NCBI GenBank assembly: GCA_038245195.1
Contig: JBBRSU010000003.1
Location: 8,850 to 72,849, forward strand
Origin: Candidatus Saccharimonadales bacterium
Lineage (GTDB): Bacteria > Patescibacteriota > Saccharimonadia > Saccharimonadales > UBA10212
Length of the DNA: 64,000 nt
Reading direction: 5' to 3'
Part shown: one piece after another, positions 48,367-58,885 of the stretch
Layout of the letters: the number at the start of each line of letters is the position of its first letter
Numbering within the stretch: position 1 is the stretch's first letter
Notes under the pieces: model-generated
What the model was told of the DNA's origin: nothing
The model's database searches: none
The model's input: the letters and a program-made list of their open reading frames with translations, nothing else
Translations under genes and position numbers: made by a program

Positions 48367-49497
48367 CTAGAAGTATATGTAATGCAGTGACTGGGCGGTG
48401 CCGGTATCAACATGCATGCGACTGAATTGGCCATGAATGACATTGTATTGGCTAACCTCGATTGAGCCGTCGGAGTTTACGGACTCCACGTAGGCCACGT
48501 GGCCCAGCCAGCCCATACCGTCGTTGTGCCCCCAGACCACCACGGCGCCGCTCTGGGGATCGGTGCCGTTAGGAATGTGATAGCTATTGGCGAGATTTAT
48601 CCAGTTGTAAGCGTTGGCATCCTCGGAGCCCCAGTACGGCATATGGTGGCCGGTAGAATCGACTTTCCAGGCTACATAACTTACACATTCTCGGTTATAC
48701 ATTCCCCAGCTGTCAAGGCGGGTGTCTTGGTAGGCATTAGCCCACTCCGATGGATAGCCGCCGTTGCCGGCCTCACCAACCCCGTAACTAGTTATGCCAC
48801 CACGGCGTAGATAGGCCGCGTAGGCCGCCGCCTGCTGAGCTCGGAGTGAAGCAATCTGGGCATTATTATTTTTGATTTGAGCATCATAAGTGGCTTTTTG
48901 GCCTTCGGTATAACCAAGTAGCTGGGCCTGCTGTGATTCATCGGCCTGAAGCTGGCTTTGTTGACTTTGCTGGTCTTTTAGCAAATCCTGCTGTTGATGC
49001 TGCTTAGATTGAAGCTGGGCTTTAAGTGAATCTATCTTCTCAACCGAGCCCTTAATCTTATTCGATACCGAATTGCGATATTCTTGCTTATTCACAAAAT
49101 CGCTTAGGTTTTTACTGCTGGCTAGTACTTCTAGGGTTGAAACATCGCCCTCCAGATACATGGTCTTAATATTTTCGCCTAAGACTAGCTTCTCGTGGTC
49201 GAGCTCGGCTTGAGCAACATCAATTTGCTTTTGTAATGAGTCTATTTGGTTTTGAGTAGCTACAATCGCCGATTGGAGTGAGTCGATTTTAGCGTTCAGG
49301 GCGTCGACGGCTTGTTGATAACTAGCGGCTGTGGCCGCTAAGGAGTTAGCTACCGCCTGGTTGGCGGCGTTTTGCTCTTTTAGAGCTTGGATTTGCGTAT
49401 CAAATTGGTCGGCTTTAACTTGGCCACTTATCAAAGTTGCGCCAACCAGCAAAACTGAGGTCAATATCGTAAAAATAAGAAATTTAGTTCGGACCAT
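48367..49497 (-). CDS. Coiled-coil + CHAP peptidoglycan hydrolase (PcsB/CwlO-like FtsEX partner)
   Basis: Signal peptide, long coiled coil, ECVSYV..GHVAYVE; downstream of ftsEX. Confidence 0.9.
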   Translation of the reverse strand: MVRTKFLIFTILTSVLLVGATLISGQVKADQFDTQIQALKEQNAANQAVANSLAATAASYQQAVDALNAKIDSLQSAIVATQNQIDSLQKQIDVAQAELDHEKLVLGENIKTMYLEGDVSTLEVLASSKNLSDFVNKQEYRNSVSNKIKGSVEKIDSLKAQLQSKQHQQQDLLKDQQSQQSQLQADESQQAQLLGYTEGQKATYDAQIKNNNAQIASLRAQQAAAYAAYLRRGGITSYGVGEAGNGGYPSEWANAYQDTRLDSWGMYNRECVSYVAWKVDSTGHHMPYWGSEDANAYNWINLANSYHIPNGTDPQSGAVVVWGHNDGMGWLGHVAYVESVNSDGSIEVSQYNVIHGQFSRMHVDTGTAQSLHYIYF

Positions 49498-49639
49498 ATT
49501 TAGATTATATTTTTGTTTTTGAATTAACTCTTTAATAATAGCATACCCCTATATTTATCAACCCCATTTATCCACAGTTTGTAATAGAACGGTGGTTAGG
49601 TGCCCATTTAACCCTTATTAATTAATTATTTGAGATTGT

Positions 49640-50584
49640 TTATTGTCTGTTAAGTCGTAAGTACCGCCGTGTCGCTATACCGGAAGAAGCGGCACCGATT
49701 AGTATACCAACCGCGAGTTGGATGGTCAAAATTGAAGCTAGATGGTTTGAAAAGTAACGACTAGAGTAACCGATGTCGAGTAAACCAAGGCTGCTAGCTT
49801 GCAGGGTTGAGCTAGCGATTCTAAATAAAGACCAACAAACAATTAGCGATATGCTGGCGGCGATAGCTCCGTAAAGCATGGTCTCGACAATAAAAGGACC
49901 CCTGATGTAAGCCGTACTGGCACCCAGCAAGCGCATAATAATTAGCTCGTCACGGCGATTAAAGATCGCCATTCTTATAGTGTTAAAGATAATTAACATA
50001 GAGATAATAATGAATACGATGATGCCAACAACACCAGCCTGTTGAAAGAAGTGAGTCGCCGAAGTTATCTTATCGATGGCAACTTTACGATCACCGGAAT
50101 AATTGGTGGGGTCAGATTGCAGCGCTACTTGGGCGGGCTTATCCAAAAAATCCTGAATGTCTTGAATTCTATTAGGGTTGAGCGGCTTAATAGTCAATGA
50201 AGCCGGCAGTGGATTATCGGTGAGTGAAATAGCCGCCAAAAGGTCTGGGTTGTTGGCGTTTTGTTGTTGGTATGCCTTTAGAGCTTCGTTTTTTGAGGTA
50301 TAACTTAGGGATTTAACGTTTGGCAGCTGTTTGAGTTTAGTAATTTGATTGTCCAGTTGGGATTTCGTAACAGAGTCTTTTAGATGCTCAACCACATCGA
50401 TGTGGCTGGTTAGGTCATTGATAGTGTGGGTAAAGGTGGCGTTAGCCACGATGGCGAATAGCAGAATCGTAAGGGTTATGGCCATCATGGCAATGGCGGC
50501 GATGGCTAGCCAAACGTTGCGACCAAAGTTGACCACTCCGTTTTTGATAATTCGTTCAAGTGTTATGTACTTGTGATCTTTCAC
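49640..50584 (-). CDS. ftsX: Cell division permease FtsX
   Basis: NTIRMAIFNRRDELIIMRLLGA..IRGPF. Confidence 0.95.
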   Translation of the reverse strand: MKDHKYITLERIIKNGVVNFGRNVWLAIAAIAMMAITLTILLFAIVANATFTHTINDLTSHIDVVEHLKDSVTKSQLDNQITKLKQLPNVKSLSYTSKNEALKAYQQQNANNPDLLAAISLTDNPLPASLTIKPLNPNRIQDIQDFLDKPAQVALQSDPTNYSGDRKVAIDKITSATHFFQQAGVVGIIVFIIISMLIIFNTIRMAIFNRRDELIIMRLLGASTAYIRGPFIVETMLYGAIAASISLIVCWSLFRIASSTLQASSLGLLDIGYSSRYFSNHLASILTIQLAVGILIGAASSGIATRRYLRLNRQ

Positions 50585-51267
50585 TGATTGCCTCGGTACT
50601 GGCCGACTGCTCTATCTGACACGATGTGGCCGTCTTTTATAGTTACGACTCGGCGTTTAAGGGTATTCACGATTTCCTGATTGTGTGTAGTTAAAAGTAC
50701 CGTGGTGCCAAAGCGATTAACTTTTTCCAGCACTTTAATAACGTCCCAGGCGTGCTTAGGGTCGAGATTACCAGTTGGCTCGTCGGCAATCAGGATTTTG
50801 GGTTGGCGAATAATTGCCCGGGCAATCGCCACCCGTTGGCGCTCACCACCGGATAACTCTAGGGGATAGGCGTCCTCTTTACCTTTCAGTCCCACTACAT
50901 CTAAAACTTTTGGAACAGTGTGGCGGATTTCGGCACTACTAATGCCAGCAATTTCTAGAGCAAATGCTACGTTCTCAACAACCGTCTTATTATTAAGCAG
51001 TTTGAAATCCTGAAATACTACCCCGATTTTTCGCCTTAGTAGTGGCACGTCTTTGTCCTTGAGGTGTTCGTAATCAATGCCACCGACAATAATTTTGCCA
51101 CTGGTCGGTTTTTCCTCGCGGGTTAGCAGTTTAAATAAAGTGGACTTGCCGGCACCAGATTGGCCGACGATTATCACGAATTCTTTAGGCTCGACATGCA
51201 AACTTATGCGCTCCAGGGCTGGACCTCGGCGGTTATAGGACTTGGACACCCTATCCAATAAAATCAT
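50581..51267 (-). CDS. ftsE: Cell division ATP-binding protein FtsE
   Basis: GQSGAGKST, RRKIGVVFQDFKLL, LSGGE, ADEPTGNLD. Confidence 0.96.
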   Translation of the reverse strand: MILLDRVSKSYNRRGPALERISLHVEPKEFVIIVGQSGAGKSTLFKLLTREEKPTSGKIIVGGIDYEHLKDKDVPLLRRKIGVVFQDFKLLNNKTVVENVAFALEIAGISSAEIRHTVPKVLDVVGLKGKEDAYPLELSGGERQRVAIARAIIRQPKILIADEPTGNLDPKHAWDVIKVLEKVNRFGTTVLLTTHNQEIVNTLKRRVVTIKDGHIVSDRAVGQYRGNQ

Positions 51268-51297
51268 TAGCTTAAGTATATCAGATTGGGCTTGTGC

Positions 51298-52377
51298 TTA
51301 GACAGTGGCCAGCCAGGCGTTGATTAAGGGGTCTAACTCACCGTCCAAAACTTTTTGGACATCGCTGGATTCATACCCACTGCGGGTATCTTTGACTTGT
51401 TTATATGGGTGAAGAACGTAGTTACGAATCTGGCTACCGAACTCGGCCGATTGGTTGGGGCCTTTAACATCGGCTAGCGTCTCGGCATGCTGTTCTATCT
51501 GTAATTGAGCTAGTTTGGAGCGTAAAATTGTCATAGCGGTTTCTCTGTTTTGAAGCTGACTACGTTCGTTTTGAATGGCTACGGTTATACCGGTTGGCAA
51601 ATGAGTAATCCGCACAGCACTGTCGGTGGTATTTACACTTTGTCCACCATGACCACCAGCTCGGTAAACATCAACTTTTAGGTCTTTTCCATCAATTTCG
51701 ACTTCGTTTGGCTTATCTATCATTGGTAAAACTTCGACTTTAGCAAAGCTGGTCTCGCGGCTGGCTGCCGAATTGAAAGGGCTCAGTCTAACTAAACGGT
51801 GCACGCCATGCTCGCCGAGTAATTTGCCAAACAAATATGTGCCGTCAGTTATTTCAATGGTGGCACTTTTGATGCCGGCTTCTTCGCCGGCCGATAGTTC
51901 AACTGTTTTTATGGCCAATTTATGGCTTTCGGCCCAGCGAACATACATTCTAAGTAACATCTCGGCCCAGTCTTGGGCGTCGGTACCGCCGGCACCAGCA
52001 TGAATACTTAATATTACATCGTGGTCGTCATACGGGCCTTTAAACTGCAGGTCTTTTTTAAGAATTTTAAACTCAGATTCCAAATTTAATAATTTAGCCC
52101 CAAGCTCCAACTCTAAACTACTGTCCCCGAGCTCAATTAATTCCTGTAACTCGCCGATTGCAGCCGTAAGCTCATGCCATGGCTTAACTTTGGACACAAG
52201 CGACGAAACTTGTCTGGAGATTTCCTGGGCGTGTTTATTATCCTGCCAAAAAGTCGGCTCGGCCATTTCGGCTTTTAGTTTTTGGATAATTGTTTGTTGA
52301 TCACCAATCTTCAGTTGTTGGCTAAGAGTCTGAATTTCTTGGTTTAAAGTTTCTAGTTTTTGAATTAGCTGTTCCAT
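51298..52377 (-). CDS. prfB: Peptide chain release factor 2
   Basis: SPF motif, GGQ, QNERSQ; uninterrupted frame. Confidence 0.97.
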   Translation of the reverse strand: MEQLIQKLETLNQEIQTLSQQLKIGDQQTIIQKLKAEMAEPTFWQDNKHAQEISRQVSSLVSKVKPWHELTAAIGELQELIELGDSSLELELGAKLLNLESEFKILKKDLQFKGPYDDHDVILSIHAGAGGTDAQDWAEMLLRMYVRWAESHKLAIKTVELSAGEEAGIKSATIEITDGTYLFGKLLGEHGVHRLVRLSPFNSAASRETSFAKVEVLPMIDKPNEVEIDGKDLKVDVYRAGGHGGQSVNTTDSAVRITHLPTGITVAIQNERSQLQNRETAMTILRSKLAQLQIEQHAETLADVKGPNQSAEFGSQIRNYVLHPYKQVKDTRSGYESSDVQKVLDGELDPLINAWLATV

Positions 52378-53657
52378 AACGGCTGAACCTGTTCACACAG
52401 CTTATCGGCTAACTCCCGCGAGCGGCTGCCGCCACCTAATACCCCCAAGCCGCCGATTTTATCACTAAACATTCGCTGGCTAGCTTCTTTTATACGGCCG
52501 GTTGATACGGAGCGGATTCGCTCTGGGATTGCCTCGTAATCATTAACCACTTGGTCGAAATAATAACGCCCTGTATAGCCGGCCATAGTGCCGGATACGG
52601 TTTGAGCACTACGTTGGTGTCGGCCCAACCAGTACTGCTTGGCGGCTTCTAGGTCTTCCGGTGTAATATCGCCCTGCTTTACCCGGGTTAGCTCCCGCGT
52701 AATAATTTCAAATAAGGCCGGGGCGTTTTTATTTATAACTTGAGCCGAAAACCACCAGCCAGTGACTTTCTTCATAATATCTACCCCCGAGCCCATGCTA
52801 TAAACCAACCCCCGCTCACGGGCTTCGCCCAAAACGCGAGAATACAATGTTGCTGTAAGCATGCCGTTAACGAGTTCTAAAGCGTCCATGTCGTGATCAT
52901 TAAATCTAGTTAGAGCAAAGGTTTCTAGTTCAAAGTAAACGTTTTTGACAGATGGACGGGCTACAAATACCGGCTTATCAAGATTTATTGGTCGCTCGTC
53001 TGGCAGTTCTATAAAACTTCGGCCTTTTGGTAAACCAAAAGCCTCTAACATTTTTTTGATGGCGGCTGTACGGCCCGACATATTGCCGGCAATTACAAAC
53101 CGTAAATTATTTGTGGTATGAGTACTGGCGTAGTGGTCTATAAGATCTTTTCGTTTAACATTTTTAATTTGTTTGAGTCGTTCGCGATCGGTCATGGCAA
53201 GTAGGTTGTGGGCTTCGCGGACGGTTAGGCTCAAAGTTCTAAAGTGGTTATTGGACCTAGCGGTCAGCTCGTCTCTGACATTGCCGTACTCGGCTTTAAA
53301 CTCATCATTTAGAAATAGCGGCTTGCTGATGGCAGTAATCATCAAATCCAAGATGCGCTGCCATTCAAAGTCAGCACACTCGGCTTCATAAGTTATGTGG
53401 TACAAACCAGTACTGGCGTTGTTGCCGGCGCCATTTTTTTCGAACTCGGCTTGAAACAATCGGGCTTTGGGTATAAGTTGATTAGCCCCTAACAAAACAT
53501 GCTCCATCAGATGCGGAACTTCCCATTTGGGCTTGTCGACTAAGTATTCACCTGCCCGAAAATTAAACTCAAAATCCATTACCGTAGCCCCGGGTACATC
53601 TATTAGCAGGCCTTTGGCACCATTACTAAGTTCAATTTCTTTTACGGTATGCTTCAT
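52365..53657 (-). CDS. M16 family zinc peptidase
   Basis: HLMEH (HxxEH), NNAST, RERGLVYS. Confidence 0.92.
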   Translation of the reverse strand: MKHTVKEIELSNGAKGLLIDVPGATVMDFEFNFRAGEYLVDKPKWEVPHLMEHVLLGANQLIPKARLFQAEFEKNGAGNNASTGLYHITYEAECADFEWQRILDLMITAISKPLFLNDEFKAEYGNVRDELTARSNNHFRTLSLTVREAHNLLAMTDRERLKQIKNVKRKDLIDHYASTHTTNNLRFVIAGNMSGRTAAIKKMLEAFGLPKGRSFIELPDERPINLDKPVFVARPSVKNVYFELETFALTRFNDHDMDALELVNGMLTATLYSRVLGEARERGLVYSMGSGVDIMKKVTGWWFSAQVINKNAPALFEIITRELTRVKQGDITPEDLEAAKQYWLGRHQRSAQTVSGTMAGYTGRYYFDQVVNDYEAIPERIRSVSTGRIKEASQRMFSDKIGGLGVLGGGSRSRELADKLCEQVQPLWNS

Positions 53658-53668
53658 AATTCGGCGAT

Positions 53669-56296
53669 CTATTTACGCCGTTTTTTCTTGGTGGCTGGTT
53701 TTTTCTTGCGCTGGCGTTCAGCTTTCCGAGCTTTCTTGCGTTTGGCGTGGCTGCGGGCTTCTTCTTCCTCTTCACGTTTGGCCGACTTGAAGTCGGTTTC
53801 TTCGAAAGTTTCGGCTTTGGTGATTTGGCTGGCGTTGTTTACCGAACCTTGGGCCGCCCGAGTTAGGTCGGTTTCGACGGCCCGCTGCAAATCCATATCT
53901 ACAGGCTGGGCGTGCAAAATCGAGCGAATAATGTCATGGCGTAAATTCTCCTGCATATCGTCGAAGATTTTTCCGCCTTGGCGCCGGTACTCCACCAGTG
54001 GATCGCGCTGGCCAACACTTATCCAATGGATGCCCTCTCGCAAATGGTCCATGTTTTCTAGATGTTGCATCCACAAGTTGTCTAGAACCTGCAGAAATAC
54101 GTCGCGTTCAACTTTACGCATAGTGTCCGTAGTAAATAGTTGTTCTTGCAGTTGATACTGGCGCAAGGCGGCCTTTTCTAGTTCGACTTGGAATTTATCG
54201 GCTGGGTTATCGAACAGTTTATCCAAAACCTTATCGTCGAATGGAAAACTTTCGGTCAAAATATTCTCGTACATCTCGCTAGTCGATTCGGGATGATTAG
54301 CTAACATCTCGGTTTCCTCGACTATCATTTTTTTGATACGAGCCGAGATATCTTCGGCGTTCAGAATTTCGCGGCGCATTGAGTAAATGGCCCGTCGATG
54401 GCGGTTCATAACATCGTCGTACTGCACAACGTTTTTGCGTTGGTCAAAGTTAAAACCTTCGACTTTCTTCTGAGCCCCCTCAAGGCTTTTGGTAATCATC
54501 TTACTTTCTATCGGTGTTTCGTCATCAACTTTTAAGCGATCCATAATGCTGGCAATCCGGTCGCCACCATAAATTCTCATCAAATCATCTTGGGTCGAAA
54601 CGTAAAACTGAGTTTTACCGGCATCGCCTTGACGTCCGGCTCGACCCCGAAGCTGGTTATCGATGCGCCGTGATTCATGGCGCTCACTGCCAAGTACAAA
54701 CAAACCGCCTAAATCGGCCACGCCTTTGCCTAAAACAATGTCGGTTCCCCGCCCGGCGATGTTGGTGGCCAAAGTTACCGCCCCCTGTTCACCAGCTTTA
54801 GCCACAATCGCGGCTTCGCGCTCGTTATTCTTGGCATTTAGTACTTCGTGCGGGACCTTGGCGGCTTTTAGCATGTGTGAAATTACTTCGTTCTTTTCGA
54901 TACTAACCGTACCGATTAAAACCGGCTGGCCGTTGGCTTGGTGTTGTTTAACTTCTTGAACAATCGATTTCATCTTGCCATTTTCGGTTTTATAAATCCT
55001 ATCCGGCAAGTCCTGGCGGACAATTTTACGATTGGACGGCACTTCAATAACATCGATTTTATAAATTTGATGAAACTCTTCGCTTTCGGTCATGGCGGTT
55101 CCGGTCATACCTGCCAACTTTTTATATAAGCGGAAGTAGTTCTGGAAAGAAATGGTGGCTAAAGTCATGGATTCTTCTTGGACTTCAACTCCTTCTTTAG
55201 CTTCAATGGCTTGGTGCAGGCCTTCGTTATAGCGCCGGCCTTTAAGCAGACGGCCGGTAAAATCATCGACAATTACAATTTCGCCTTCTTTGGTGACCAC
55301 ATAGTCCTTGTCCCGGTGAAACAGCACTTGGGCCTTTAGTGATTGTTCGAGGTGATAGATGGTTCGCAAGTTCTCAGTGGCATAGAGATTTTTGATGCCC
55401 AGGATTTTTTCAACTAACTCTACTCCTGCATCTGTCAGAATTACGCTTTTACGCTTTTCATCTTTTTCGTAATGTTCAGTTTCTTTTAGGTTTCTGACGA
55501 TTTTGGAAAACTGCAGATATGACGCCCCGCTAGCTGTGGCTGGTGCACTAATAATCAACGGTGTGCGGGCTTCGTCAATTAAAATTGAGTCGACTTCGTC
55601 GACGATAGCAAAGTGTAGGTCGCGCTGGCGCAGCTGGTCGACTTCGCGAACCATGTTATCGCGCAGATAATCAAAACCAAATTCATTGTTGGTGCCATAA
55701 GTGATATCGGCGCCGTAAGCCTCTTGGCGGGTTGCCGGACGTAGGTGCTGCATGCGCTTATCAAAGTGTTCGTTATTCTCGTAACTTGAGTCGAATATAT
55801 ACGATTCGTCGGGGATAATCACTCCGGTCGTTAGACCTAAGAAATCGTATATCTGGCCCATCCAACCGGCATCGCGCTGGGCTAAATAATCGTTAACTGT
55901 AACTAAATGAGCACCTTTACCTTCCAGGGCGTTCAAATATAGTGCTAGGGTGGCTACCAAGGTTTTGCCTTCACCTGTTTTCATTTCAGCCACATTACCT
56001 TCGTGCAAAACCATGCCGCCGATTAACTGAACGTCAAAGTGGCGCTGCTTTAGAGTACGGGTAGCGGCTTCGCGGACTACTGCAAAGGCGTCTTGCAAAA
56101 TATCATCAACGGTTTCTTTTTCTAATCGCTTTTTAAGTAGGTCGGTTTGTTCGCGCAACTGCTTATCGGTCATTTTTTGGTATTTATCGGCAAGCGCGTT
56201 AATTTTTTCGGCACGTTTTCTAAGCCGCTTGATGGTAGCAGCTTGCGGATCACCTAGGACGCGCTTTAAAGACTTGGAATTAATAAATGCCGACAA
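53669..56296 (-). CDS. secA: Preprotein translocase ATPase SecA
   Basis: EMKTGEGKT, VDEVDSILIDEARTP, RRIDNQLRGRAGRQG; TTG start with GGAGG RBS. Confidence 0.98.
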   Translation of the reverse strand: MSAFINSKSLKRVLGDPQAATIKRLRKRAEKINALADKYQKMTDKQLREQTDLLKKRLEKETVDDILQDAFAVVREAATRTLKQRHFDVQLIGGMVLHEGNVAEMKTGEGKTLVATLALYLNALEGKGAHLVTVNDYLAQRDAGWMGQIYDFLGLTTGVIIPDESYIFDSSYENNEHFDKRMQHLRPATRQEAYGADITYGTNNEFGFDYLRDNMVREVDQLRQRDLHFAIVDEVDSILIDEARTPLIISAPATASGASYLQFSKIVRNLKETEHYEKDEKRKSVILTDAGVELVEKILGIKNLYATENLRTIYHLEQSLKAQVLFHRDKDYVVTKEGEIVIVDDFTGRLLKGRRYNEGLHQAIEAKEGVEVQEESMTLATISFQNYFRLYKKLAGMTGTAMTESEEFHQIYKIDVIEVPSNRKIVRQDLPDRIYKTENGKMKSIVQEVKQHQANGQPVLIGTVSIEKNEVISHMLKAAKVPHEVLNAKNNEREAAIVAKAGEQGAVTLATNIAGRGTDIVLGKGVADLGGLFVLGSERHESRRIDNQLRGRAGRQGDAGKTQFYVSTQDDLMRIYGGDRIASIMDRLKVDDETPIESKMITKSLEGAQKKVEGFNFDQRKNVVQYDDVMNRHRRAIYSMRREILNAEDISARIKKMIVEETEMLANHPESTSEMYENILTESFPFDDKVLDKLFDNPADKFQVELEKAALRQYQLQEQLFTTDTMRKVERDVFLQVLDNLWMQHLENMDHLREGIHWISVGQRDPLVEYRRQGGKIFDDMQENLRHDIIRSILHAQPVDMDLQRAVETDLTRAAQGSVNNASQITKAETFEETDFKSAKREEEEEARSHAKRKKARKAERQRKKKPATKKKRRK

Positions 56297-56361
56297 ACAG
56301 ACCTCCGTATAATTTTTTGCGAAATATCTCTATATATTCTAACGCATGGCGCGAACAAACT

Positions 56362-57612
56362 CTACAGGCTGGTTTGACTATTTAGATATTTTTGCAGAGC
56401 TTTAGGCACTAACACCTGGCCATCTTTAGTTTGGCGGTTTTCGATTAGGGCGATTGGGATACGGCTCATAGCTGCCAAAGTACCGTTTAGGCTGTGTAGA
56501 AACTCAGTTTGACCATCGGTGTTTTTGTACCTGATATTTAGCCGACGAGTCTGGTAATCGGTTACATTCGAACAACTCATTAGTTCACGATAAGTTTTAT
56601 CGAGCGGGCTGTAGTATTCGACATCAAATTTCTTATAAGCCGGAGCACCTAAATCACCAGCCGCAATTCGCACTATCCGGTATGGAATTTCTAACATTTG
56701 GCAGAATTCTTCTTCTAAAGCCACCATTTTTTGATGCCAAGCTTGGCTGTCCTTTGGCTTACAAAACACATAGAGTTCCAGTTTATTGAACTGATGAGTC
56801 CGAAATAGTCCCCGGTTGTGCCTGCCGTAAGCTCCACCTTCGACTCGGTAAGCTGGGCTTAAGCCGGCATATTGTAGAGGTAAGTCCGGTTCGGCGATTA
56901 TCTCATCGGCATGATAGCCGGTTAACGGTATTTCGGCGGTAGCAATTAAATTTAAATCTTCGTCTTCAACTTTATAAATCTGTTTTTCTTGGCCACGGGC
57001 CGAAAAACCGGCACCTTCCAAGGTTTTTGTATTGACCATATGGGGAACCATCATTGGCACAAAACCGTGTTTTTTAGCTAACTCCATTCCCAACTGCGAA
57101 ATGGCCAATTCTAGCTCTACAAGTGGGCCTTTTAAGAAGTAAAATTTAGCCCCAGCCACCTTGGCACCTCGCTCAAAATCAATCAAACCACGCGATTCTG
57201 CCCAGCTTAAGTGGTCTTGGACTTCGAAGCCTTTATCGCTGATATCACCCCAACTTTTTACTTGTTTACTGGCTTCTTCCCCGCCCTCTGGCGTATCATC
57301 CGGTATAACATTCGGGACTTCAGCCAGTAATTTGTCGTATTCTTCGTTTACTGGACTGAGTTGGGCTTCCAGCTGGCTGAGGGTATCCTTAAGCCTTTTA
57401 GCCTGGCACACTGCGACTTGGTCGGGCTTAGTACCTTTGGTTTTGTCGGCCAGTTGGTTCCGCTCGGCCCTAATTCGCTCAATTTCGCTCACCAGTTTAC
57501 GACGGTTTTCGTCCAAACTAAGTAGTTTTTGGACATTGACTTTGTAGCCTTTGAGCTTGGCGCTGGTCTCTACCAGTTCGGCGTTTTCCCTAATAAATCG
57601 GATATCAAGCAT
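56362..57612 (-). CDS. serS: Serine--tRNA ligase
   Basis: MLDIRFIREN, ATAE, RGLFRTHQFNK, SCSN, HSLNGT. Confidence 0.98.
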   Translation of the reverse strand: MLDIRFIRENAELVETSAKLKGYKVNVQKLLSLDENRRKLVSEIERIRAERNQLADKTKGTKPDQVAVCQAKRLKDTLSQLEAQLSPVNEEYDKLLAEVPNVIPDDTPEGGEEASKQVKSWGDISDKGFEVQDHLSWAESRGLIDFERGAKVAGAKFYFLKGPLVELELAISQLGMELAKKHGFVPMMVPHMVNTKTLEGAGFSARGQEKQIYKVEDEDLNLIATAEIPLTGYHADEIIAEPDLPLQYAGLSPAYRVEGGAYGRHNRGLFRTHQFNKLELYVFCKPKDSQAWHQKMVALEEEFCQMLEIPYRIVRIAAGDLGAPAYKKFDVEYYSPLDKTYRELMSCSNVTDYQTRRLNIRYKNTDGQTEFLHSLNGTLAAMSRIPIALIENRQTKDGQVLVPKALQKYLNSQTSL

Positions 57613-57621
57613 GGCTTTATT

Positions 57622-58383
57622 CTATTTCTTCTTAGCAATAGCGTCTAGAGTTAATATGGTGCGGGCTTTGGCATAGGCACAATACTCACAGTCAGTGGCC
57701 TCTTTTGGCATATCGGCTTCTAAAACTTGTTTGATTTCTACTAAGGTCGGTTCAATCCAATTATCGCTACCTTTATAGGGGAAAACATTGGTCCGAAAAT
57801 CGACTTTATTGAAAAAACCATCGGCTTTGCCGATTCCATTAGCGTAAACGAAGTAGCCAATATCGCTGACTTTGTGGCCTTCACCACGCAGTAACCACTG
57901 ATAAACTTCCATTTGCCGGCGATAACTATCGTGCCAGCGCGACTCTTCCAAATCGGTAATTTCCTTATCTTTTGCGGTGGCTTTATAGTCAACCACCACC
58001 AGCTCGCCTTTGGGATTCACCCATACGTCGTCGACTCCCCCAGAAATCAGCAAATTGGTGGGTTTGTGAAGTCGCTGTACGCCTGTAAAAACGTGTCGCC
58101 AGCGTTCTAAATCTTTATGGGCAAACGGCTTGGCATCTACTTTGAATTCCACCTGCCAAGGATGTTGCTGGCCTTTAGCACGATAAATATCAAACTCGGT
58201 CTTTAATAAAGCATCGATGGCACTATTTATCAAAAAAGGCGGCGAACTGGGTTGGTTGATTTTGAGTCGTTGGGCCAACCAAAAGCAACGCCGGCAACGG
58301 ACGAAGTTTTCAATCCGGCTGCGGCTAAGTTTATAAACCTCTGACTGCCCCGGCTTGTAAGCCGGGCTTCTCTCATACGCCAT
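57622..58383 (-). CDS. PD-(D/E)XK (RecB-like) nuclease
   Basis: LSRSRIENFVRCRRC, GGVDD, VVDYK, QMEVY, CEYC. Confidence 0.9.
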   Translation of the reverse strand: MAYERSPAYKPGQSEVYKLSRSRIENFVRCRRCFWLAQRLKINQPSSPPFLINSAIDALLKTEFDIYRAKGQQHPWQVEFKVDAKPFAHKDLERWRHVFTGVQRLHKPTNLLISGGVDDVWVNPKGELVVVDYKATAKDKEITDLEESRWHDSYRRQMEVYQWLLRGEGHKVSDIGYFVYANGIGKADGFFNKVDFRTNVFPYKGSDNWIEPTLVEIKQVLEADMPKEATDCEYCAYAKARTILTLDAIAKKK

Positions 58384-58407
58384 TACCCTTCAGTATAACA
58401 ATATAGA

Positions 58408-58430
58408 AGAACGAGCCCAAAGGGCTCGTT
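58408..58430. terminator. Intrinsic terminator hairpin
   Basis: GAACGAGCCC-AAA-GGGCTCGTTC. Confidence 0.75.
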
Positions 58431-58467
58431 CAAAAACTACTTACAACTATTTACTACTTAGTAGTTT

Positions 58468-58788
58468 CTATTTACGACCTGATGGTGACCAGCGAACGGC
58501 TAGGTTATACACCATATAGCCTAGGACCATGTAAGCCGCCATGGCGAACAGGGCCACCCAGTCAATGTACCAGTTGCCCGGGGTGTGGGTTGGGTTAGGG
58601 AAAACCGCCCGAAATGGCGCCAATAGCACATCGGTTGTGCTAAATGCCCAGTGAACAAAGCTACCATGAGCGCTGGTGAAGAAAAACTTCATAATTACGC
58701 GCAGGGTGAGCAGTAGTTCCGCCAGGTTGACGAAAAGATCCACCATTCTCGCCACCATCGATTTGTTAAGTTTATAGAAGTCCAGCAT
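58468..58788 (-). CDS. YggT family membrane protein
   Basis: LTLRVIMK..TDVLLAPFRAVFP..IDWVAL; AAGGAG RBS before 58788. Confidence 0.85.
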   Translation of the reverse strand: MLDFYKLNKSMVARMVDLFVNLAELLLTLRVIMKFFFTSAHGSFVHWAFSTTDVLLAPFRAVFPNPTHTPGNWYIDWVALFAMAAYMVLGYMVYNLAVRWSPSGRK

Positions 58789-58885
58789 GGGTTCTCCTTT
58801 AGTTAATAAGCTCATGATAGTCCCGAGTCTGCAAATAAGCAACTATCTATCCACAATTTTGCATAAATTGCGAACACTAACCCTG

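Noticed and set aside
51298-52377. Programmed +1 frameshift in prfB
   Set aside because: The ORF is continuous with no internal CTT-TGA slip site near the start.
53649-54155. Long antisense ORFs over secA and other core genes
   Set aside because: Shadow frames of well-supported genes on the opposite strand.
57622-58383. Cas4 or CRISPR association for the PD-(D/E)XK nuclease
   Set aside because: No repeat-spacer array or other cas genes in the window; Cys pattern is CxxC + CxxC rather than the 1+3 Cas4 pattern.
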